Under the pieces are notes generated by a model that saw only the letters and a program-made list of their open reading frames with translations, searched no databases and was not told the DNA's origin. This document shows, one piece after another, positions 28,053 through 34,655 of a stretch of 64,000 nt of DNA. Within the stretch, counting starts at the first letter, position 1. Each line of letters opens with the position of its first letter. Position numbers and translations under genes: made by a program. This DNA comes from Clostridia bacterium (GTDB taxonomy: Bacteria > Bacillota > Clostridia > Oscillospirales > CAG-382): positions 29,781 through 93,780 of the forward strand of contig JAFSNK010000035.1 of assembly GCA_017447445.1 (NCBI GenBank), read 5' to 3'.

Positions 28053-28574
28053 TCAACGTTTAATATCGGTAAGTATTTTTATCTCGAACGCCGCCGCGCC
28101 GATCATCGTTTCGTCGCCCTTTTTTACCGCGAGGTCAGTAAACTTTATTACGCCGCCGGAATATTCGCAGGAGGCGAACGAGGTGCGCAGGTTGTTGTTC
28201 GCCGCCTCGCGCGTGACGAGCAGGCGGTCGTATTCGGGCGAATCGGTGATATCCGCGTATTCGCGCAGACAGATGCCGCCGTCGCCGAGATATATCACGC
28301 TTTTGCTCCCCGCGGAGCTTACGTAGGTGATCGTCCCGCCCTCGGCTTTTATCTCCGCGGCGGTGCAAAGCTCGTCGCGCAGACGTGTCATCGTGGTGGA
28401 AAGCAGCACCTGCGCGTTCGCGGAGGTAACTATTTCGTCGTACGCGTTCACCGCGACGGGTACGCCCGCCGCGACTATCGCCACGACCATAAGCAGGATG
28501 ACTATGGCGATGAGCGTTTCGGCAAGCGTGACGCCCGATTTATTCTTTATTTTCCGCCGGATCCGTTTTGCCAT
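28053..28574 (-). CDS. Minor pilin / pseudopilin (prepilin-type N-terminal cleavage/methylation domain)
   Basis: MAKRIRRKIKNKSG|VTLAETLIAIVILLMVVAIV: basic leader, Gly-1, Glu+5, hydrophobic helix. Confidence 0.75.
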   Translation of the reverse strand: MAKRIRRKIKNKSGVTLAETLIAIVILLMVVAIVAAGVPVAVNAYDEIVTSANAQVLLSTTMTRLRDELCTAAEIKAEGGTITYVSSAGSKSVIYLGDGGICLREYADITDSPEYDRLLVTREAANNNLRTSFASCEYSGGVIKFTDLAVKKGDETMIGAAAFEIKILTDIKR

Positions 28575-28924
28575 TATTCCGCCACCTTGTATGATCTTAC
28601 CGACCCGTTCGAGCCGTTTTCGTAGTATTGCACGGTTATTTCGGTCCCGTCGCCATTGGTAAGCCGTATGGCGGCGTTCCCTTCGCCGATTATGGTGACC
28701 GTTCCGGAACCCGAAGCGGCGCTTTGCTCCACAACGGCGTTTTCGCCCTCCGCGTATGCCGCCATACCGTCCCTGCTTTTGCGGACGAGCGAGGCGGAGG
28801 AATTGATCATCGCGGCGAGCGTGACTATCCCAAGTGAAGATACGAGCAGCGCGACGAGCACTTCGGCAATGGTTTCGCCGCGGCGGTCCTTGATGCGCGC
28901 AAGCGCTTTTTTAATTGCTTTCAT
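28574..28924 (-). CDS. Minor pilin / pseudopilin (prepilin-type N-terminus)
   Basis: MKAIKKALARIKDRRG|ETIAEVLVALLVSSLGIV. 1-nt overlap with the next gene and 14-nt overlap with the previous one. Confidence 0.7.
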   Translation of the reverse strand: MKAIKKALARIKDRRGETIAEVLVALLVSSLGIVTLAAMINSSASLVRKSRDGMAAYAEGENAVVEQSAASGSGTVTIIGEGNAAIRLTNGDGTEITVQYYENGSNGSVRSYKVAE

Positions 28925-29744
28925 CCGGCTCGCGCACCTCCTTTACGATACTGCCTACCGACCATTTTATAACCGACGTTTTCGTGTATACCGTCGTCTT
29001 CCTGCGCGTCTCTTTATATCCGCCCTCCGTCTCCGCGGTAAAGGCGTTTTCGGTGACGCCGCTGTTATCCGAAACGTTTATCGACGGCGTGAGCGTGAGT
29101 ATAAGCGCAAAGCTGTCCTTTGCGGAGCCGTCGCTCACACGGAATACCAGCGTGCCGTCGCTTTCGCTGTGCCATTCCACCGAAGCGTTAAGCTCCGTAT
29201 CGGCGTGGGAAACGGTGAACCCCTTTCCGGCGCCGCTTTCCGAGACGGAAAACGTGTATCCCATCGCGGCGGCGGTATCCGGCGCCTCGTTCCCGAACAT
29301 CAGCCGCACCGCGCGCTCCGTGAGAAAGCTGAATCCGCTGTGCTCGTAGTCGCCGTTGAAAAGGTTCGGCTCCGTATCGGTGGGATCGACGGCGGCGGTG
29401 TATGTTTCGGTAACGGAGTTAACGGGAGCCCCCTGCGAGACCTGCTCTTCGCCGTTGGAATCGATTATTACGGTATAATCGGTCTCGGTGACGTTTTGGG
29501 TGGTCTTGGTGCGGACTATCTTTACCTCCCTGCCGCAAAGCTTTTCGGCAAGCAGCTCCGCCGCGGAAGCGACCTTGTAATATCTTTTGTCCATCTCCGC
29601 AAGTTTGCTCGCCTTTCCGGCGGAAGCCGTGGCGGAGGCGAGCACCACCGCGCCGACCACCGCGCAAACGAGGAACAGCAGCAGCGCGACGATAAGCGAA
29701 GCGCCTTTATTCGATTTTAATTTTGCCGCGGTCTTTTTACGCAT
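28911..29744 (-). CDS. Pilin-like protein lacking Glu5 (PilX/GspK/ComGG-like position in the operon)
   Basis: MRKKTAAKLKSNKG|ASLIVALLLFLVCAVVGAVV: basic leader, Gly, hydrophobic helix, no Glu at +5. First gene after the promoter at 29825-29853. Confidence 0.6.
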   Translation of the reverse strand: MRKKTAAKLKSNKGASLIVALLLFLVCAVVGAVVLASATASAGKASKLAEMDKRYYKVASAAELLAEKLCGREVKIVRTKTTQNVTETDYTVIIDSNGEEQVSQGAPVNSVTETYTAAVDPTDTEPNLFNGDYEHSGFSFLTERAVRLMFGNEAPDTAAAMGYTFSVSESGAGKGFTVSHADTELNASVEWHSESDGTLVFRVSDGSAKDSFALILTLTPSINVSDNSGVTENAFTAETEGGYKETRRKTTVYTKTSVIKWSVGSIVKEVREPDESN

Positions 29745-29824
29745 ACAGATACCTCACAGAGCCGGAACGGTATATTTATTATAATTATATATATAAATAA
29801 TTTATAAATAATTTCGTAAATTGA

Positions 29825-29853
29825 AGTATAACACAAATAAAAGCAAATGTCAA
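29825..29853 (-). promoter_or_regulatory. sigma-A promoter of the minor-pilin/giant-adhesin operon (TTGACA-17-TATACT)
   Basis: The minus strand reads TTGACAtttgcttttatttgtgtTATACT. It is followed by a ~70-nt very AT-rich leader and a GAGGT RBS. Confidence 0.6.
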
Positions 29854-29888
29854 TACTTTCTATACATTATGTCAACGATTTTCAGCGC

Positions 29889-29929
29889 AAAACAAAAAGG
29901 CGGCGTCCGCGTTGCCGCGCGGCGCCGCC
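29889..29929 (-). terminator. Rho-independent terminator after the Wzy_C-family gene
   Basis: 13-bp GC-rich stem (GGCGGCGTCCGCG / CGCG(C)GGCGCCGCC) followed on the minus strand by TTTTTGTT. Confidence 0.75.
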
Positions 29930-29959
29930 GAAGCGGTTATATTATTTGAAAACGCACGG

Positions 29960-31321
29960 TCATTCGCCCTTTTCCGCGCGCTGATACCCCATTCCGAGGA
30001 AGATGAACAGCAACGGTGCGGTGCCGAACAAAGTCAGCCCGAAAAACGCCGAAACAAGATACCCGAACGCTCCGGTCAAACAGACCAAAGACACCGGATC
30101 TAGTTTATGCCTGCGCTTTAATGCGCGTAAATATACTGTCAGACATCCGGCAAAATACGCAAGTCCCGCCGGAATCCCATAGAACAGCGCATATTGCAAA
30201 TACTCGTTATGCACTCTGTAATTACCCGCGAATTCTTTAAGATCATTAACGTCTATACCCTCAAATCCTATACCGAAAAGAGGATGAGAAATGATCATTT
30301 TACCTGCCGTCGTCCACAATTGCCAACGACCGGACCCGGCGCTTTTGGCGCCTTCGGCGTTTTCGGCGATTTTTATGATATCATTACCCAATTGAACGAT
30401 GTTATTTTCAAAATGTCCTTGTATATGTCCCGGCAAATACAAACTGACAGCAAAAATCAAGAACACGACCGCCACTTGCCAGTTGAGCTTATGCTCGATT
30501 ATTGCATGCGCTATCAGCAAAAACACAATTGCGACAAAGCAAGCGACCCAAGCGCCCATTGTATTATTGAACGCCAATGCGACCGAATTCGCGCATACGG
30601 AAAACGCGGATAACAGCTTCCAACCGATACGCGTTTCAGCCACAAACCCCGCCGCCGATAATGAAACGGAAACGGCAAGATAATAGCCGTAATAATTCGT
30701 ATTACTGAAAATCGCGGAAAACTGTTGTTTCCAAGATATTATTTGCGAAGTTAATTGAGTTTTCCAAAGCACAAACGCAACGATGACCAAAAACAAACTC
30801 GTAAATTCAAAAACGCGGACGATCCACCATTTGACAGTTGCGTTTTTTATAATAACGGCGGACGGAAAAAGCAGACAGAAATACCCCAACTGCATAAATA
30901 TCGTTTCGTGTCTGAAACCCGCGCCGGACAGTACCCAGCCGTTCCACCCGTTGACTGAAGTTGCAGCGATCATCCAAATGCTCAAAAACAAAAAGCAGAC
31001 GAACGCTGGATTTGTTTTAAGTGTTGTTTTGATATGTTTGCATTTTGAATTCCCTTTAATACAGTACAGCAGCATTGAAACAACGCCTAAAACCGCGGCG
31101 ATAGGCCAGACAATATGTTCAATGGCAAACGGATACCCATAAACCAAAAAATCCGCGTTTTTAAGAATCATGCAAAAAGCGCCGATAAAAAAGGGCGTAA
31201 CAATAAACAGGCCTGCGCAAATTGCAGAAAGGTACTCGGGTACTTTTTCCGGTAGCGCTTCTGCGAACTTGTGACAATAGCCGCATATATCTGTATTCAA
31301 CCCTATTCTTTGCTTTTGCAT
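29960..31321 (-). CDS. O-antigen ligase (Wzy_C) family polytopic membrane protein; candidate pilin O-oligosaccharyltransferase (TfpO/PilO/PglL-like)
   Basis: About 10-12 hydrophobic segments and the family-typical RVHNEYLQYALFYGIPAGLAYF motif near the C-terminus. Start set at the ATG at 31321 (AAGGAG 6 nt upstream); the ORF extends to 31360 through a hairpin. Confidence 0.7.
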   Translation of the reverse strand: MQKQRIGLNTDICGYCHKFAEALPEKVPEYLSAICAGLFIVTPFFIGAFCMILKNADFLVYGYPFAIEHIVWPIAAVLGVVSMLLYCIKGNSKCKHIKTTLKTNPAFVCFLFLSIWMIAATSVNGWNGWVLSGAGFRHETIFMQLGYFCLLFPSAVIIKNATVKWWIVRVFEFTSLFLVIVAFVLWKTQLTSQIISWKQQFSAIFSNTNYYGYYLAVSVSLSAAGFVAETRIGWKLLSAFSVCANSVALAFNNTMGAWVACFVAIVFLLIAHAIIEHKLNWQVAVVFLIFAVSLYLPGHIQGHFENNIVQLGNDIIKIAENAEGAKSAGSGRWQLWTTAGKMIISHPLFGIGFEGIDVNDLKEFAGNYRVHNEYLQYALFYGIPAGLAYFAGCLTVYLRALKRRHKLDPVSLVCLTGAFGYLVSAFFGLTLFGTAPLLFIFLGMGYQRAEKGE

Positions 31322-31346
31322 TGCGTACTCCTTTTTCGACAGAAGA

Positions 31347-31383
31347 GAATTGACCCCCATCTATGATAGACGGAGGTCAATTC
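31347..31383 (-). other. 12-bp stem-loop between the pilin gene and the Wzy_C gene (possible attenuator or mRNA 3' stabiliser)
   Basis: Minus-strand RNA: GAAUUGACCUCC-13 nt-GGGGGUCAAUUC (one G-U pair), followed by ucuucug rather than a clean U-run. Confidence 0.45.
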
Positions 31384-31433
31384 TTAATGCCACTCCGACA
31401 TTATACCGTCGAAGTATTATTAATCAGCTTAAA

Positions 31434-31835
31434 TTAGTTGCCCGATGCGCCCATGAAGTTAATGAAGTGATCGGAACCCTTGGTAGCGTCAATGGTAACG
31501 GAACCGGTTTCAGAAACGTGTACGTAAACAGCGCCGGTCAACGTAACACCGCCGAGCTGGAAGTTGCCGATTTTGGTGGTGCTATCGATCTTCTCGAAAG
31601 TGCCGGACTGCTTAAGGTTAACGGGGCCTACGGTAACAGCGATGCCGTCCTGAGTAAGGGATTCGGCAGCGCCCATAGCATAAGCGGCACGAAGGTTAGC
31701 AGCATCAGCAGATTCACGGGATTTCTCGAGCTGGCTGGAGAATATCGGAATAGCGATAGCTACGAGAACGGCGATGATCGCAACGACGATCAGCAGTTCG
31801 GCAAGGGTAAAGCCCTTCTTGTTGGTTTTCTTCAT
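31434..31835 (-). CDS. Type IV pilin / pseudopilin (candidate major subunit)
   Basis: MKKTNKKG|FTLAELLIVVAIIAVLVAIAIPIF is a textbook class III signal with Phe+1 and Glu+5. 133 aa with its own consensus promoter. Confidence 0.85.
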   Translation of the reverse strand: MKKTNKKGFTLAELLIVVAIIAVLVAIAIPIFSSQLEKSRESADAANLRAAYAMGAAESLTQDGIAVTVGPVNLKQSGTFEKIDSTTKIGNFQLGGVTLTGAVYVHVSETGSVTIDATKGSDHFINFMGASGN

Positions 31836-31925
31836 TGTGAGTACTCTTTGAAAAAATATATTTTTTTATGAAGACTGGTTCATAAACCCGGTTCGTTGAC
31901 ATAATCATCGATTCGGGCTTTTTGT

Positions 31926-31954
31926 ATAATACCACAACGCAAAGCGAATGTCAA
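31926..31954 (-). promoter_or_regulatory. sigma-A promoter of the pilin gene (TTGACA-17-TATTAT, TGn-extended)
   Basis: The minus strand reads TTGACAttcgctttgcgttgtggTATTAT, with an A/T-rich tract (aaattgcaaatttttc) directly upstream. Confidence 0.6.
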
Positions 31955-32014
31955 GAAAAATTTGCAATTTCCCCCAAAAAAATCTTTTCGGCTTTTGCGC
32001 GCGGCTGCACGCGG

Positions 32015-32437
32015 CTATTTTGCGGGTTCGGGATCCGGCTCGAAGCAGACGGCGCACAGGTGGCGCATCACCTTGCGGCGCGTAACTATGCCGATAAAGC
32101 TGCCCCTGTCGTCCACCACGGGGACGAAATTCTGCTCCGTCACCCGGGCGAAAAGATCGCGCATGGGGACGTCGATACGCTGCTCCGGGTTGAATTCCCT
32201 GTCGATGATATCCTTTATTTTTATCTGCTCCAGCTCGCGCAGGTCCGCCCCGTGGCCGATCACGCAGCGCAGAAAATCGCCCTCCGTAACGGTCCCGGCG
32301 TACTTCCCGCGTGAGGTTATGACCGGGATCGCGCGGTAGCCGTGGAACGCCATTTTCTCCAGCCCGTTGCGGACCGTGGAGTCCTCCGTGAGATAGACGG
32401 TGGCGCTTTTGGGGATGAGAAACTGTATAATATTCAT
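32015..32437 (-). CDS. CBS domain pair protein
   Basis: 140 aa with two CBS-like repeats (HGYRAIPVITSRGKYAGTVTEGDFL; QNFVPVVDDRGSFIGIVTRRKVM). Confidence 0.75.
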   Translation of the reverse strand: MNIIQFLIPKSATVYLTEDSTVRNGLEKMAFHGYRAIPVITSRGKYAGTVTEGDFLRCVIGHGADLRELEQIKIKDIIDREFNPEQRIDVPMRDLFARVTEQNFVPVVDDRGSFIGIVTRRKVMRHLCAVCFEPDPEPAK

Positions 32438-32438
32438 G

Positions 32439-33401
32439 TCAAATCCTTTTCTCCAGATTCCTGGACCTTTCGGTCATTCCGTAATCCGCGTAGAACCTTT
32501 CGGCTTCGCCGTTGCCGCTCCAGACTGAAAGCAGCAGATAAGAGCAGCCGTTTTCTTTGCCGAACGCTTCCGCGCGGCGCATTAGCTTGCGGGCGACGCC
32601 TTTGCGGCGCGCCGCCGGGTCGACGCAGAGGTCGTCGATATAAAGAGTTTTAGGCGCGTCCCGCAGGATAACGCACATTATATGGCCGCAAACTTCGCCT
32701 TCGCGTTCCGCGACGAAGATAAAATTCGTGCCGTCGCCGATATGGGCGCGGACCTCCTCCGGGGTGTATTTGCTTTTCTTATCCAGCATAAGGTCCGGCC
32801 TTATAGCGCGGTGAACGTCCGCAATCACGGTGAGCAGGCGGTAGATGGCGGGAACGTCCTCCGGATTCGCCTCGCGCACGGTAACGGCGGGAGCGACGCG
32901 GCGGTAGACGCAGAAAACGTAATCCAGCGCGGGGTCGGTATCCTTTTCCGGGTCGCTGTGCATAACTCCGCTTTCCTCGCAAAGCTCCCATTCCGGGGAT
33001 TCGTCCAGGTTTTCGAACCAGACGTCCTTTTCGTAGCTTTTTCTGAACTTGGTGACGTACGCCGTATCGCAATAGGGCAGAAGCTGGCGGTAGACGCTGG
33101 CGCCGCCTATGGCGAAAACGTCGTTCGTATCGTAACTTTTAAGCATATCCAGCAGTTCCGGGATGGAATGCGCGACCAAAGCGCCCTCCGGCGAATAGCT
33201 TTCGCTGGGGTGCAATACGATATTCACGCGGTTTTTCAGCACCTTTCCCCCGGGGAAGGTGGCAAGCGTGTTGGAGCCGAGCACGACGGTTTTGCCCGCG
33301 GTAACGTCGCGGAAATGAAGCAGGTCGCCGCGCACCCGCGCAAGCAGATCTCCTTTATTGCCTATTCCCCACTCGTTGTCGACTGCGACTATCAGTTTCA
33401 T
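32439..33401 (-). CDS. Dihydrofolate reductase fused to a GNAT N-acetyltransferase domain
   Basis: The N-terminal ~165 aa match DHFR (MKLIVAVDNEWGIGNKGDLL...VVLGSNT...AIGGASVY). The C-terminal ~150 aa match GNAT (LCVDPAARRKGVARKLMRRAEAFGKENGC). Confidence 0.8.
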   Translation of the reverse strand: MKLIVAVDNEWGIGNKGDLLARVRGDLLHFRDVTAGKTVVLGSNTLATFPGGKVLKNRVNIVLHPSESYSPEGALVAHSIPELLDMLKSYDTNDVFAIGGASVYRQLLPYCDTAYVTKFRKSYEKDVWFENLDESPEWELCEESGVMHSDPEKDTDPALDYVFCVYRRVAPAVTVREANPEDVPAIYRLLTVIADVHRAIRPDLMLDKKSKYTPEEVRAHIGDGTNFIFVAEREGEVCGHIMCVILRDAPKTLYIDDLCVDPAARRKGVARKLMRRAEAFGKENGCSYLLLSVWSGNGEAERFYADYGMTERSRNLEKRI

Positions 33402-33435
33402 TATCTTTTTTTACCTCGCAAAGCTTTGGGATATC

Positions 33436-34266
33436 TTAAATCGCGACGGGGAATTTTTCCACCGGGGGCCCGTAAACGTAATCCTCCACCTTAAAGCTGT
33501 AGCGGGTGAAATCGTAGAAGTTCGTAACAGAGGGATCGAGCGTGACCTTCGGCGCCGGGTAGGATTCGCGCTTAATAAGCTCTTCCACTATTGGGATATG
33601 CCTGTCGTAAATATGCGCGTCGGCGATGACGTGGACGAACTCGCCGGGTTTCAGCCCCGACACCTGCGCGAACATCATTACCAGCGCGGCGTACTGCGCG
33701 ACGTTCCAGGCGTTCGCGGCGAGCATATCCTGCGAGCGCTGGTTGAGTATGGCGCACAGTTTCCCGTCCACCACGTTGAAGGTCATACTGTAGGCGCAGG
33801 GGTAAAGCGCCATTTCGTGCAGGTCGGCGAAGTTATAAAGGTTCGTCATTATCCGGCGGGAGCAGGGGTTGTTCTTTAAGTCGTAAAGCACGCGGTCGAC
33901 CATATCGAACTCGCCTTCTTTATATTTATGCTTCACGCCCATCTGATAACCGTACGCCTTCCCTATGCTTCCGTTTTCGTCCGCCCAGGAATCCCAGATA
34001 TGGCTGTTCAGATCGTGCACGTTATTGGATTTTTTCTGCCAGATCCACAGTATCTCGTCCACGCAGGAAACGAAGGGGACGCGGCGCAGAGTCATCATCG
34101 GAAATTCCTTGGAAAGGTCGTAGCGGTTCACCACGCCGAACTTCTTTTTGGTATAGGCGGGTTCGCCGTCCTCCCAGTGCGGGCGCACGCGCTCGTCGCG
34201 CACCCAGCTTCCGTTTTCGAGTATATCCTTACAGGTCGCAATAAAAGCTTTATCGGCGGAACTCAT
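33436..34266 (-). CDS. thyA: Thymidylate synthase (ThyA type)
   Basis: Catalytic-Cys region MALYPCAYSMTFNV, then LNQRSQDMLAANAWNVAQYA and DAHIYDRH. AAGGAG RBS. Confidence 0.9.
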   Translation of the reverse strand: MSSADKAFIATCKDILENGSWVRDERVRPHWEDGEPAYTKKKFGVVNRYDLSKEFPMMTLRRVPFVSCVDEILWIWQKKSNNVHDLNSHIWDSWADENGSIGKAYGYQMGVKHKYKEGEFDMVDRVLYDLKNNPCSRRIMTNLYNFADLHEMALYPCAYSMTFNVVDGKLCAILNQRSQDMLAANAWNVAQYAALVMMFAQVSGLKPGEFVHVIADAHIYDRHIPIVEELIKRESYPAPKVTLDPSVTNFYDFTRYSFKVEDYVYGPPVEKFPVAI

Positions 34267-34320
34267 GGTTTCGGCTCCTTAAATTTATATATATTTACAG
34301 TATTTTTACTTACCGTTCAC

Positions 34321-34349
34321 ATTATATCATCGCGCGGCGGATTTGTCAA
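34321..34349 (-). promoter_or_regulatory. sigma-A promoter of the thyA-DHFR::GNAT-CBS operon (TTGACA-17-TATAAT)
   Basis: The minus strand reads TTGACAaatccgccgcgcgatgaTATAAT, about 55 nt upstream of the thyA ATG. Confidence 0.65.
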
Positions 34350-34494
34350 CAGCAGTTTTTCGCCCCGGCGAACGGCGCTTGGCACTCGACGTCGTATTCT
34401 GCCGATTCGCGGCGTATCTCGGCACAATTTGCCGCGTTTCCCGGCACTCTGTGCGGTGCTGTGTTTGTTCGTGGGGCGATATTTTTTTAAATAA

Positions 34495-34521
34495 TTAGCA
34501 CTCTTTCGATTATATTGCTAA
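34495..34521 (+). promoter_or_regulatory. Degenerate CIRCE-like inverted repeat (HrcA operator-like) upstream of hsp20
   Basis: TTAGCACTC-N9-TATTGCTAA versus consensus TTAGCACTC-N9-GAGTGCTAA. The left arm matches 9/9 and the right arm 7/9. Confidence 0.45.
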
Positions 34522-34523
34522 AT

Positions 34524-34563
34524 GTTTACAATTTGTTCACAATTTGTTCACATTCCGTTCACA
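34524..34563 (+). repeat. Four phased direct repeats of GTT[TC]ACA with an 11-bp period
   Basis: GTTTACA 34524, GTTCACA 34535, GTTCACA 34546, GTTCACA 34557. A fifth GTTCACA lies at 34315-34321, at the thyA -10. Confidence 0.8.
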
Positions 34564-34655
34564 ATTACGGTATACACTATGCGCGTAAGAAAAAAGAAGG
34601 CGGGCGGCGCCCGAAGGAAAACGAATAAGCGCCGTTCGTGAAGGAGGTATTTATT

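Noticed and set aside
29745-29959. AT-rich spacer as a possible invertible (phase-variable) promoter element
   Set aside because: No flanking inverted repeats of useful length and no recombinase gene nearby. The region is explained by a terminator, a consensus promoter and an AT-rich leader.
25861-31835. Interpretation of the five pilin-like genes as a comG competence pseudopilus operon
   Set aside because: No comGA/comGB (ATPase or platform) gene precedes them. One member is 725 aa with an adhesin-type module, and they are co-oriented with a giant secreted protein. This cannot be fully excluded without genome context.
34350-34494. ~145 bp of GC-rich non-coding DNA between the thyA and hsp20 control regions (candidate sRNA or riboswitch; ORF 33928-34494)
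   Set aside because: No promoter/terminator pair and no conserved riboswitch core (THF, SAM, T-box) that I can recognise. The ORF lacks an RBS and overlaps thyA antisense. Left unassigned.
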